A stretch of 63,647 nucleotides of DNA, counting the filler, from Chrysochromulina tobinii (lineage: Eukaryota), in assembly GCA_001275005.1 (NCBI GenBank). It is 5 parts of 5 records of this genome, joined end to end, with 100 filler letters (N's around TTAATTAATTAA, not from the genome) between each part and the next. Parts side by side here need not be neighbours in the genome. Positions count along the whole stretch, not along the records: positions 1 to 13,764 come from JWZX01001350.1; positions 13,865 to 27,741 come from JWZX01001351.1; 3 more parts are not named here. One strand, given 5' to 3'. This document shows positions 13,259 through 24,102 of the stretch, one piece after another; the stretch's first letter is position 1; each line of letters opens with the position of its first letter. Below the pieces are notes generated by a model that saw nothing but the letters and a program-made list of their open reading frames with translations, was not told where the DNA came from and ran no database searches. A program made the position numbers and the translations under genes.

Positions 13259-13473
13259 GCACCAGATTCTGTGTCGGTAACGACCACGGGAAGGGCTTGC
13301 TCACTCGCGACGGGGCACCACAGCGATCGCGACGCGGCACACAAACACAACAGACGGCCGACGACCGGCGGCGAGCGAAGCGAGCGCAAACCGGACTGCA
13401 CGGCACAGGGGATACGGCACCAGTTTCTGTGTCGGCAACGACTACGGGAAGGGCCTGATCCCCCTGCGACGGG
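13259..13473 (+). repeat. Imperfect ~55-bp direct repeat in the element 3' UTR
   Basis: gcaccagattctgtgtcggtaacgaccacgggaagggc at 13259 and gcaccagtttctgtgtcggcaacgactacgggaagggc at 13417. Confidence 0.85.
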
Positions 13474-13764
13474 CAGCTCGACGAACGTGACGCGGAATCG
13501 ACCGACCACGAATACCCCGCGCTACCCACACATCAAAAATGTTCGCAGGTTTTTCCCACTCCGTATATCCAGACATTTAAAGGCGGGGCGTTTACGGGCC
13601 GTGCCTAGCAATAGGTTCCCGGAGCCAAAATTTAACCGGGTAACCGGGATGCGCATGTGAGATACGGCGTACATATCACCTACGAACTACGCCTCCCGAT
13701 TCCTCCCGAGACCGTCGTGCGTAGCGCTTGCGATCAGTAGTGGTTCGTGCCTCGAGCGACGCTC

Positions 13765-13864
13765 NNNNNNNNNNNNNNNNNNNNNNNNNNNNNNNNNNNN
13801 NNNNNNNNTTAATTAATTAANNNNNNNNNNNNNNNNNNNNNNNNNNNNNNNNNNNNNNNNNNNN
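13765..13864. other. Artificial contig-joining spacer
   Basis: N44-TTAATTAATTAA-N44, with stops in all six frames. Identical at four places. Confidence 0.98.
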
Positions 13865-15627
13865 TGAACGCGATGCCGACAACAGGGCCGATGATGAGGG
13901 ACAGGAAGCGCAACGTGTCCGGAATCATCTTCTGGGCCATGAGCACGAGCGGGCCAATTTTGGGGCTGCGCTCGAGCAACCGCAGGGTCTGCGACACGAA
14001 CATGAGTAGGATGCCGCCGGCGAGCAGGGCCCGCTCAAGGTTCTGGAGCGACGGCATGAAGCGAAGGATCAGGCCGCCCGAGGCGAGGATAGACGCCGGC
14101 ATCTCGAGCCTGCGTGAGCGCGCACACGCACGCGCATCACAGCGCGCGCGGTGGACGCGGCCGCGCGCGGTGGGCGCGTCAGTACCATGGCACGGAGCGA
14201 GGATGCGCGCTAAGTGGAGCCCTCGCATGCACGTACATATTCAGGGGGTCGGCGGCCCAGAGCGGACGGTTGGCGTAGGCCTCGTGCGCCTCGAGCACAG
14301 CGAGCTGCACCGTCCACACGAGGAGCAACGCCGTAATGTGCTTCCCGCGCTCGGCGGGCAGCGCTGTGAGCAGCACGGCAAGGAGCAGCTGCAGAGACGT
14401 CCATGCGTAGAACTTGAACGCGGGCTGAAGGATCGGGTACAGGCGAAGCACGCTCGCAGCCTTCTTCTCGGCAAGCTCGGCGCAGCGGGAGAAAAAGGTG
14501 GCACGGGCCGCGTTTTTGCGCTTGTCGGAAGACCCATTCACCTTTCGCCAGTAGCTGCTCACCACCTTGCCATCAACCTTGAATGCGATGTATTCACTTG
14601 TTCCGTCGTGACTTGGCTTGTTTTCCTCCTCGACTTTAAAGTCTGTGCGCGCAGATTTTTGCTCCTCGTTCCTATTCTTCACCAGTATCTTCTCGAACGG
14701 CGGGAACACGGCGATAGCGGCCGCGTGCCAGACCGAGCGGAGCGCGATCATGGCGGCATCCATGAAGTCCTCGGGGCTGACCAGGCTCCACTGTGCGGCG
14801 GTCGCCTGCTGCAGCATAACGTCGGCGAGCGTCACCTTGCACTCGGCGAGCACGAGCGCCATGCGCGAGCGGGCGCCGCGCTCTTCACCTAGCAGGTGCT
14901 TCACCTCGGCGGCGTCGAGGGCGCGCAGCAGGCCAACCGCCGCCTGCTGCGCCTTTTGCACCAGGTCCATGAGCTGCTCACCGCTCGGGGCGTCCAAACG
15001 TTTGACGCGGTAGGCCTCGGCGCGGAAGTTCTTGACTAGGTCGGCGATGCGCTCGAGGGTGCGTAGGCGTGACTTCGCGAAGGCGGCGGACAGGGCTACT
15101 TCGAGCAAGCCAGGCACTTCAAGGGCTTTCAGCTCGTCGGTGGTCAGATCTGTCTTGTCGAGGGTGGCGATGTGAACGATGGCGGCGGCGGCGGCATGGC
15201 CGCGCTCACGTGCGACTTCAAGAGGGGTCCGTTTTGAATGGCTGGGCGTTTGAGCGTCCGAGCCGGATTCGATGAGCAGAGTGAGGCACTCGGTGTGGCC
15301 GTTGGAGCAGGCGATGTAAGTTGGGGTCCTCCCGTTACTCCTTGCCAAGTTGACATCGGCACGATTTTCGATGAGCAGTTTGAGGCATTCGGGTTGGTCC
15401 TCCTCGCTTGCGACGTACGCTGGAGTTTCGTCGTATTTGTATTTGTGATTGACATCGGCGCGTTCATCGTCGATGAGGCGCTTCACCTCGGACACTTCAC
15501 CTCTTTCAATCCTTTTCCTTAACTCGTCCTCGTTGGCGCCGCTACGCTTCAATCGGAGCGAGGTATTTACTCCATCACGATCAACATCGAGACCGCTCAG
15601 GAAAGGCACGCTGCGTCCGAAATGCAT
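13865..15627 (-). CDS. Ankyrin-repeat TRP-like ion channel, 3' truncated (exons 15627-14237, 14109-13865)
   Basis: Ankyrin repeats (DETPAYVASEEDQPECLKLLIE, GRTPTYIACSNGHTECLTLLIE, KRTPLEVA), then TM segments. GT-AG intron 14236-14110 restores DPLNMLE. S4-S5-linker-like KIGPLVLMAQKMIPDTLRF. Confidence 0.75.
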
Positions 15628-15745
15628 CGTCGACTTGTTCAGAATAGTTCCTATGAGAACAAGTCCTGAAAAGGAAATGTTGTTACGGGCCAAAAAAACC
15701 TCTTGGCTAAAACGACATCACACACCCTTGCTCCCCCCTTCCCCC

Positions 15746-17113
15746 TCACCTCCAGTGCTGCACCACCCACTCGCTCTGCACCTGGTGCGGCTTGGGGTGG
15801 CGCGGGAAGCACACGACCGCGGCGCCCTCTGGAGGGCCGCTGGCCCGGCAGTGCGAGCGGTAGTCGACGATGAGCCCTGGGCACACATCTTGCAGCAGGT
15901 GCGCGCGCGGCACGAGCATCTCGACCCAGTGATCCCATCGCATCAGGCACTGGAAGACTTCGGGGCGCACCGCGTCATGGAGCACGCGCAGCGCCTCGCC
16001 GACCTGGCCCGAGGCTTCCCACACCATCACGCTCGTGTTGTAACCGTCGACGTACCCCTCCTCTGCGTCGAATCCGCGGCTCGACAATGTGGCGAACGGG
16101 CCATCGTATGCAGCGAGCGACGCCATGCAGTACGTGTCGATGATCACGGTGTCAAGGTCGATGTAAAGCACCCGTCCCTCGAGTCCAGCCGCGCGTGAGA
16201 ACAGGTGCGCCTTGTGCCACCACCCCTTCCACTCCTCTCGCCTCAGTGGCAGTGGACGCGCCTCGATGTCCGCATCCAGACCGTCAACGTCGTCCGTGAA
16301 GCACACAAAGTGCGCTCCCACGACGGCAGCTCCCAGCGCGCGCCGCACGCCGCGGCACAGCTTATTAGCGTACTCGGCGCCATAGAGCGTGCCCCACTTG
16401 ACGCACACGACCGTAATTGCCGATGGGCTCGCCGCCAGCGATGGCGGGCCGTCGGAGAGGACGAGCGCCGACGGGCGCAGCGCGACCTCTTGCCCCAGTG
16501 TGCCCGCGTCGCCCGAGGCCGCCGCCGCCGCACGCGCGGCCGCCGCGATGTGTATGATGTGGCTCCAAGTGCTCTCGATGGCCTCGTCTTTGCGGCCAAC
16601 CAAGCGCAACGCTACGTTGAGGTGATGCGAGGCCTCGAGGTTCATCGTCTTGTATACCTCGGCCTGCAGTGCGATGGCATGGCGGCAAGTGGCGATCGCG
16701 TCGGCCGGCCGCCTTGCGTTCAGCTGCGCCACTGCGAGGTTGGATGCGGTCTCAACGAGGGTTGGCTTGAGGCGCAGCGCGGCCTCGTAGTGTGGGATCG
16801 CCCTCTCAAAACGGTTGAGGCGCTGCAGCACGCTCGCCACGTTGTGATGCGCACTGTGGCTGAGCGGATTTGCCGCGATCGCGAGCTCGTATTGATGCAG
16901 CGCCTTTTCGTTCTGACCCGCGGAAGCGAGCATATTGCCAAACTTGACGTGGTTCTTTGCGCGCTCTTTTTGCTCGTCGCTGACGGCTTTATCCGCAAGT
17001 GCCGGGCCCAAGGCCACCGCGCGCTCCGTGGCGCTCGTCAACGTCGCGTATGCCTCGTAGGCGACGCGCGTCGGGAATGGTGACTCGATAAACGTGAAGA
17101 GGCCGATCGACAT
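15746..17113 (-). CDS. TPR-repeat protein fused to a GT-A (DXD) glycosyltransferase-like domain
   Basis: Three TPR-like repeats (ALHQYELAIAANP, AIPHYEAALRLKP). C-terminal VVCVKWGTLYGAEYANKL, FVCFTDD, GWWHKAHLF, LYIDLDTVI. Confidence 0.75.
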   Translation of the reverse strand: MSIGLFTFIESPFPTRVAYEAYATLTSATERAVALGPALADKAVSDEQKERAKNHVKFGNMLASAGQNEKALHQYELAIAANPLSHSAHHNVASVLQRLNRFERAIPHYEAALRLKPTLVETASNLAVAQLNARRPADAIATCRHAIALQAEVYKTMNLEASHHLNVALRLVGRKDEAIESTWSHIIHIAAAARAAAAASGDAGTLGQEVALRPSALVLSDGPPSLAASPSAITVVCVKWGTLYGAEYANKLCRGVRRALGAAVVGAHFVCFTDDVDGLDADIEARPLPLRREEWKGWWHKAHLFSRAAGLEGRVLYIDLDTVIIDTYCMASLAAYDGPFATLSSRGFDAEEGYVDGYNTSVMVWEASGQVGEALRVLHDAVRPEVFQCLMRWDHWVEMLVPRAHLLQDVCPGLIVDYRSHCRASGPPEGAAVVCFPRHPKPHQVQSEWVVQHWR

Positions 17114-17375
17114 CCTTCTCGCCTATTGGGCCCCACGCTCACGACTCGACGCCGTGCGTCCCTGGCGACGGAGGCGCGAGCGGCGGCCGCGAGACGAAGG
17201 AGGTGTAGAAGTCACACAGACACACATTCACATTCACATACACACATTAACACCATGGCGGGTGTTGAGTCTCTTTTGAAAAAGTTGCTGTGAATATTAA
17301 AAAGGACTCAAAAAAAGTCATCTCGAAGCCGTGTGGACACTTGGTCCGCTACGTTGATGGCCTTCAAAGCTGTGC

Positions 17376-20300
17376 TCACCTCCCGCCCGCCAGCCCGGCG
17401 GTCAGATCGAGCGTGATTGGCACCCCTGGGGTGACCGACCATGGGCACTGCCCACGCGTCAGCAGGTTCAAGTAGTCGAAGAGGCAAAACTGCGTGAACA
17501 ACCCTGTGAACTCGCCCGCAAGCACGCCGGCTGTGTCGGCGCAGGTGCATGTCGCGAGCGCGGCCTCGCGTTTGGCCGGGGGCATCTCGCGGTCGATAAG
17601 CAGGAACATCTGCACGTACAGCGTGCCGCCGATGAGCCCAACGGTGAGCGCGCCCGCGTGCAGCGGCCAGCCGGTGATCGTCTGCGTGGCGGCGTCGCCC
17701 ACAAAACCGACCAGCAGCGCCACTTGGAGCACCACGAGCGCGTGGAGCACGGGCCGCGGCAGCGTGAAGAGCATCCCGGACGCGCGCGAGACGAGCACAC
17801 CACACTGGTAGAGCAGATTGAATGTGTGGTACGCATTGAGACGCGAGCCGGCGTCGTCAATGCGCCGCGGCTCGGGCAGCGCGAAGGCCGTCCAGGCGCC
17901 GCTCTGGCATGCGTACTCGGCCCAGAAGACGAGGAAGAGGGGCACCATGTAGATCGTGATCTCGCGGAGCAGGCGCATGCGCGCGCACATCGTGGTGCCG
18001 TCGTGGGCATCGCGCCCGCGCAGCACGTGGCTCGCGCGATCGAGCTCGGCGTCGGAGAGCGCGATCGAAGCGAGTGAGCACTGCGAGGCGCCGAAGACAC
18101 TCTCCTTGATCCGGCCCAGCTCGACCTGCACGGGACGGAGGAAGGGACTCGACATGATCCCCTCACCCTTTGTGCTGCGCAGCCAACTCACCATGAGCGG
18201 ATCGAGGCTCGGGAAGCGGCGCAGCTGCGGATCTGAAACGGCAAGCCGCTGCCTGTGGGGTGCGATCAGCGCATAACGGCCGGGCAGCACACGCTCGTGG
18301 TGCAAGCCGCGGCCGCGAGGGATGGCCGCACGAGCCGACCACTCACGCGATCCGCCGACGAGGGATGCGGTGGGTCGTGGAGCGACGACAGGAGCGGTGG
18401 CGGGGATGGGGACGAGGGGGAGAGCGGAGGAGGGGATCACAAAAATGGCGGCGGGAACGGCGGGTGTGGTGGCGGCGGCAACGGCGGCGGCACCAACGGT
18501 GGCAGTGGCGGCAGCGGCGGAGGCGGGGGCGGGCGCTGCCCTCGGCGGAGGGAAGCCCTCGAGCATCACAAGCCTCGTCTCGGCCGTCGGTCCCGTCAGC
18601 GGCGGCGGCGATCGCGGCTGCAGCGGCGATGGAGGCGCTTTCGGCGGAAGCGGCGGCGGTCCGCCCCACTTCGACAGCATCCCTCCATTCCCGTGCCCAT
18701 CCCCGTTGCCACTCTCCTCGCCATTCTCGTGTGGCGGCACTCGCTCGCTTCCGCTGATCGACTCGGCGAGTAGCTTCTGTTGGGAGTCCGCCGAGAGAGA
18801 ACGAGTGAGGACCCTCTCGCACTCGCTCGCACTCGCAGGGGAGGGGCCTCTCACAGAGAGAGGGGAGGTACCATGACGGTTCCAGGCGCCTTCGGGCACA
18901 AGCGAGCGTGGCACAGAGAGAGGGCCTTCACCTCTCTCTGTGCCGTCAGCCGCATGCCGCTCGCGCTCGCTTGCTCGACCCGCCCCATCGCCCATCGCGT
19001 CGAACGCGCAGCCCAGACGGAAAGAGCGATAGTGGCTGCGGTATAAGGCCATCTCAGATGAGCTATCGAAGAGCGGCGGTCGCAGCGGTAGGTCGATGGG
19101 CGAGTGCGCCAACGGCACCTGGGCCTCGCGCATCGCGTACAGATTGGCCCCGACGGACCTGGCGCGCGTGAATGCAATGCTCTGCTTCTGCGGAGGAGAG
19201 ATCTCATCGGAGATCAGCTGCTTCTGAGGAGAGATCTCGTCGGAGATCAGCTGCTTCTGAAGAGAGATCTCGTCGGAGATCAGCTGCTTCTGAAGAGAGA
19301 TCTCGTCGGAGATCAGCTGCTTCTGAAGAGAGATCTCATCGGAGCTCCTGCACGCACATGCATGGCCATAGGCTCGCGGTGGTATGGGCGAGAGTCCATT
19401 CATGGCAAACGTGGCGCTCTCCGCCCTGCGTGGCCGTGCCACCGAGGGCGGGCGCGTACGCCCGTCCTGGCCCGCCACTGTCTCGTCCTCATCGGACTCC
19501 TCACTTGTTTCTTCCAAGAGAAGCGTGCCGTGGAAGTGGTGACTCCAGAAGGCTGAACGGCCGACGACGGCCTCCGCGTGTGTCGCGCGGCCCACGGGAG
19601 CCGCGCTGATCAACAAGCTCGTGCCGTCTGTCGCTTTGGTCGGCACGCTCGTGCCCTTTTGTGGCTCGGGCAAGGCACCGCCGCTCTCGTCGTCGTCGTC
19701 CACCTGCGGCGAGTACTCTCCCTCGAGAGGAGTCGCGTCGACCCAGGGCGTGTCGAGCACGAGGAAGTAGGCGGCCAGATAGGAGAGCACGAGGATCGTG
19801 CCGAGCCCAACCGAACCAACGTCGCCCAAAGCTGGCAGCACGAAGATGCGTAGGCCCCAGCCGCACACGCCCGCGCCGCCTGTGCCCGCCGCAAAGGCGG
19901 AGATGTGGCGCCGTGGCTGTGCATAGAACTGGGTGAGTCCCATACACGTGGCCTCGCCCGCTGAAGAGCCAATGTCGCCCAATGCGATCCCCAAAAGCTT
20001 AAGGCTTGTCGGCACGCCCGGAAGCACGAGCACATACAGGTTTAAGGCGAGGCTTAGGCCGACAAGGAGTATCTTGGCGGTGTATGTACCGCGATCGATC
20101 CACAACGGCGCGACGAGCTTGATCGCGAGCCCCGGCGCCGTGTTTACTATGTACACGATCGCCACAGCGTCGGGCATCACGCTGCCTGCGCTGGCATTGG
20201 ATACCGCGTAGACGACATTGTTCAGCAGGCCGAGGCATGCAAAAGCTATTAGGTTTCGAGGTGAGGCCTGCGCCTCGTCAGTTTCGAAAATTCTCTCGCC

Positions 20301-20402
20301 GGTGGCGTCATTGCACCTGTCCTGCTGCGGCGCTTCTTCCTTCTGATGTTTTCGCATACCGTTCGTGGAGCGTCGACGAGTCGTCTTTCCGCCACCAAAC
20401 AT
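17376..20402 (-). CDS. CLN3: CLN3/battenin (Btn1)-family lysosomal/vacuolar membrane protein with a very long low-complexity loop; start may be 20357
   Basis: FACLGLLNNVVYAVSNASA, SSAGEATC, AGTGGAG, YMVPLFLVFWAEYACQSG, YQCGVLVSRAS, GLIGGTLYVQMF, REAALATCTCAD. Confidence 0.85.
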   Translation of the reverse strand: MFGGGKTTRRRSTNGMRKHQKEEAPQQDRCNDATGERIFETDEAQASPRNLIAFACLGLLNNVVYAVSNASAGSVMPDAVAIVYIVNTAPGLAIKLVAPLWIDRGTYTAKILLVGLSLALNLYVLVLPGVPTSLKLLGIALGDIGSSAGEATCMGLTQFYAQPRRHISAFAAGTGGAGVCGWGLRIFVLPALGDVGSVGLGTILVLSYLAAYFLVLDTPWVDATPLEGEYSPQVDDDDESGGALPEPQKGTSVPTKATDGTSLLISAAPVGRATHAEAVVGRSAFWSHHFHGTLLLEETSEESDEDETVAGQDGRTRPPSVARPRRAESATFAMNGLSPIPPRAYGHACACRSSDEISLQKQLISDEISLQKQLISDEISLQKQLISDEISPQKQLISDEISPPQKQSIAFTRARSVGANLYAMREAQVPLAHSPIDLPLRPPLFDSSSEMALYRSHYRSFRLGCAFDAMGDGAGRASERERHAADGTERGEGPLSVPRSLVPEGAWNRHGTSPLSVRGPSPASASECERVLTRSLSADSQQKLLAESISGSERVPPHENGEESGNGDGHGNGGMLSKWGGPPPLPPKAPPSPLQPRSPPPLTGPTAETRLVMLEGFPPPRAAPAPASAAAATATVGAAAVAAATTPAVPAAIFVIPSSALPLVPIPATAPVVAPRPTASLVGGSREWSARAAIPRGRGLHHERVLPGRYALIAPHRQRLAVSDPQLRRFPSLDPLMVSWLRSTKGEGIMSSPFLRPVQVELGRIKESVFGASQCSLASIALSDAELDRASHVLRGRDAHDGTTMCARMRLLREITIYMVPLFLVFWAEYACQSGAWTAFALPEPRRIDDAGSRLNAYHTFNLLYQCGVLVSRASGMLFTLPRPVLHALVVLQVALLVGFVGDAATQTITGWPLHAGALTVGLIGGTLYVQMFLLIDREMPPAKREAALATCTCADTAGVLAGEFTGLFTQFCLFDYLNLLTRGQCPWSVTPGVPITLDLTAGLAGGR
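19182..19345. repeat. 33-bp tandem repeat (~5 copies) inside the CLN3 loop, coding SDEISLQKQLI
   Basis: Unit agctgcttctgaagagagatctcgtcggagatc, head-to-tail with no spacers. Confidence 0.95.
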
Positions 20403-20596
20403 CGCGAGATTCGCAAAACTCCCCAATAAATGACGAACCTCGCGTGACGAACCTCCTTTCGCGACATCTGCACGCAAGAGCAACGATCTTCATTGACACA
20501 GTCAGACGAAACTTGTTTCGGCACAGGCAACTGTGTGCAGCCGCAGGGTACGGCCCGAGAAACACACGGGTGCTGCAGCGGCTTCAGGGCCGTGTG

Positions 20597-23500
20597 ATGT
20601 CCCGCAACGTCGATCGCTCGCCGCACTCGCCGTTCGGCCACCGCCGTGCGCCACGACTCAGTACTGTCAAGGCGCTGCCGTACCTTGAGTTGAAGGACGA
20701 AATCAGCTCGGAGACTACGGTTGGCGGTGAGGCTGCCGAGCGGTTGGGCTCCTGCTTGGAGACGGCGGCGTCAAGCCGCAGTTGGCTGTCCGAGATCATG
20801 GGCGGCCTGCTCGCTTCCATCGTCATCGTAGTCCTCAATGCGACCTACGCGGGCGTCGTCATGAACACCCCCGTGCTGCGGCCGTACCTTACGTACAGCA
20901 TCGCCATGTGCCTCGGTTGCACGGCGCTGTCCAACCTGTGGTTGCTCGTCTCGCGGCGCAACATGCCATTCATCTGCGTAGCCGACTCGTTCATGGCCGT
21001 GCTCTTCGCGACTACCGCGAGTAACATCGTGCGGCTCGCACCCGACGGGAGCGCCGTGTTTGGCACACTCGTGATTGCAATGCTGCTGTGCTCGCTGCTA
21101 CTCAGCCTAAGCTACATCGCGACGGGCGTACTGCGCGTGTGCAACGTGATCCAGTTCGTGCCGTCGCCCGTCATGGCCGGCTACCAGGCCTCCATTGGCT
21201 ATCTGCTGTTTGACTCGGCGGCTAAGTTCCAGGGGTGCTCGCTCTTCGCGCCGCAGTGCTTCCTGCGCGTAGGGGTGGACACGCAGATCGCGCTCTCGTT
21301 GGGACTGGGCGTGCTGCTCTCCCTGGCGCAGCACTTCTTGCCCGACGGCATCGCGCGCATCCTTGCGCTGCCCACGATTCTCGTGCTCGCCACGATTCTC
21401 TTCCAAGTCGCGCGCCAGCTCGAGCCTTGGCATGGCTCCGACCTAGCGCTGTGGACGATGCAGCCGCCGCCGGTGGCGACGTGCGAACCGACGACGCCGG
21501 CGCATTGGGTGCTGCCCTGGGCGATGCACCCGAACGCGGAGGCGGCGTGTGATCTGACGACTCGCACGCTAGGCACGCTGCTCGCGGACCTTGACGTGAC
21601 GCATATCTCGTGGAGCCTGGCAGCCAAGGAGGCGCTCCTCGCCGCAGTGACCGCCTTCGTACCCAACCTGCTGGGCAAGCTGCTCCAATATTCGGCCCTC
21701 GAGGCGCTCTTCGACACCGACATCGACTTCAACCGAGAGATCCGGCACGCGGGCTTCTCGCAGCTCGCCTCGGCGCCCGCGATCATGGTACCCACGGTCA
21801 CGTACACGGGCATGCTCGTCGCGTGGGACATGGGCGCTCGATCCTTTGTGCCGCCCGCGATGGTCGTCATCAGCTCGATTGTGCTCCTGCTCACGGGCTC
21901 GAGAGTGGTCGCGGTGGTGCCCAACTTCATGTTCGCGGCGCTGCTCGTCTCGATCGGCATCACCATGATCTGGGACAACCTGCGCTCCGCGTGGAACATG
22001 CTGCCCGTGCACGAGTTCGGCCTTGTCATCCTGCACATCATCCTCACTGCACTGCTCGGTATGCTCTGGGCCGTCGTGCTCGGCGTGCTCTTCACCGCCA
22101 CCATCTTCATCGTCGAGTACTCGGCGCATTCGGGCGTGCTGCTGAGCGCTACGCTGCTGCTCGAGCGCTCTAAGGTGCAGCGCTCGAGCTTCGAGACGGA
22201 GATCCTCGAGCAGTATGGCGCCACCGTGCTCATCGTGCACCTGCACGGCATGATCTTCTTCGGCTCCGCCTCGTCGGTGCTCGAGGAGATCAAGGCGCAT
22301 GTGCTCCAGCTCGCCGAGCTGCAACTGCCGCTCCAGGTCTTGCTTATGATGGCAATGATTATGATGGCGATGATTATGATGGCGATGATTATGATGGCAA
22401 TGATTATGATTGCTTATGATTGCCCGTACCGCTACAGGTCTTGCTGCTCGACTTTGACCGGTGCACGGGCATCGACTCGTCCGCCGTGGCCGTGCTCTTC
22501 CACACGCGCCGCCAAATCAAGGACGCCAGGCTCATCTTTGCGTGCGCGGGCTCGTCGGTGCTCTCGATGCTCGTCAAGGGCGCGCCCCGCGAGTTCAAGC
22601 ACTTCACCACGCTCGACCTCGCTCTCGAGCAGTGCGAGAACCGCCTACTAGCGCGCTACATGGGCAGGTGCTCTGATGAACACGACGACCTGGAGGTGAT
22701 TGCGGGGGATACCGAGGGCACTGGCGCTGAGCTCGGCGTCTCGTCGGGCGTCCACGCCGGCTCCAACCCTTCCTCGGATGACGAGTACCCGTTCGATCCG
22801 CCGGGCCACCCACACGCGCTCTGTGCGCTCTCGAAGGGCCACGTGCGCTCCGACAACGTCCACGAGCGTCGCCAGAAGCGCTTGTCCCGCGACAGGCTGC
22901 CGAATGTCATGGGGTCCACGGTTGTTGTCGTGGGCGAGCATGAGGGCCAGCCAGTGCAGTACCGCTGCCTGCGGCCCGTGAGCGGCGCGGCTAGCGGAGC
23001 GGACACGGCGCCGTCGTCGTCGCTGGGCGACGTGGCCGGCGCGGACGGCGGCGAGGCTCGCGACAAGGCTGGCGTGGCCGGCGGCGCTGCGAGTGCGTAC
23101 AGCGTCGGGGCGTGCGTGCCAGGCAGCGTGCCAGGCAGCACGCCAGGCAGCACGCCAGGCACGCCGCCGCGCAAGGGGATGCCACACGTTGTGGAAAGGG
23201 GCGCGCTGCACCCCAGCGAGAGCCCATACGGACACTGCTCGAGCTCGCCCACGGACAGCGGGCTTGCTGTCATCTACTCGCCCGAGCAGGCACGTGCAGA
23301 ACTGCGCCCCGAGGCGCTCGCAAAGATGCGCGAGCGCTTCTCGGACGCCGTGCGCAGCGCGTATGGCTCCAAATTCGACTTGGATGAGCTCTTTGATTAC
23401 TTCGACATCATGCTCGTCCCGCCGCACTTCACGGTTGTCTCACCGCACTTGACGGACGTCACCTCGGGCCTGTCCCCGCCGCCCCCGCCCGACGGCTCAC

Positions 23501-24102
23501 TCCCGCCCCACCTCTACATCATCGATCGCGGCTACGTGTCCGCCTTTTACACCACCCTGGGCGGCGAGCAGCCCTCAATACAGCGCCCCGGCGGCTCCCG
23601 CGCCGGCGACCTACCGACTGTCGACGGCGCGGGCGGCAGCAGCAAGCCGCACCGTCGCTTAGCCAAGTACGGACCGGGCGCCATCCTGGGCGTCGACTCC
23701 TTCGTGACCCCGGACGACATGCCTTCGCTCACGGTGATGCCGACGGCGGCCATCTCGGACGAGTATTCCCAACTGCTCCGGCTGCCGCGCTCGCGCTGTG
23801 ACGAGCTCGAGAGGCTCGCGCCCGCGCTCATCTTTCGGCTCTATCGGTTGCTCGTGCTCATCTCGGAGCGGAGGCTGCAGGAACATCGGCTGCGTGTGGT
23901 CGCCTCCGAGACCTTCAAGATCAATGTGCGCCCCTCGACCAACTTCCAGCGAATGCTCATCTCCGACCAGCTACCGACCTCTTCTCGTGCCCCTCCAGGC
24001 TCGCTCCCGACGTCAAGCTCAACCGACCAGCTACCGACCTGCCGACCACGCGCAGCCTGTGCTCCTGCAGCCTCCGCTCCTGCTTCGGAGTGTGGAGTCT
24101 GA
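20597..24102 (+). CDS. SulP/SLC26-family transporter with STAS and cNMP-binding-like domains (exons 20597-22336, 22438-24102)
   Basis: QFVPSPVMAGYQASIG, DIDFNREIRHAG, HLHGMIFFGSA, LLDFDRCTGIDSSA, TLDLALEQCENRLL, LYIIDRGYVSA...YGPGAILG. Phase-0 GT-AG intron 22337-22437. Confidence 0.88.

Larger units (their letters stand above)
1..13480 (+). mobile_element. Giant single-ORF non-LTR retrotransposon (APE-RT-RNase H-CCHC plus J-domain and DUF4326-like domain); 5' end truncated by window edge, 3' boundary uncertain
   Basis: Frame open from base 1. Ordered APE, RT, RNase H and CCHC motifs. No introns. T-poor coding strand unlike host genes. No poly(A) tail or TSD visible. Confidence 0.9.

Noticed and set aside
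13809..13820. TTAATTAATTAA (and three identical copies) as a biological motif, and ORFs ending in XXXLIN
   Set aside because: Artificial six-frame-stop linker inside N runs. Adjacency across the spacers is meaningless.
19182..19345. 33-bp repeats as a CRISPR array
   Set aside because: Head-to-tail with no unique spacers, in frame within a eukaryotic gene, and no cas genes.
22337..22651. MMAMIMMAMI tail of the 804-aa ORF
   Set aside because: Read-through into a microsatellite-filled intron.
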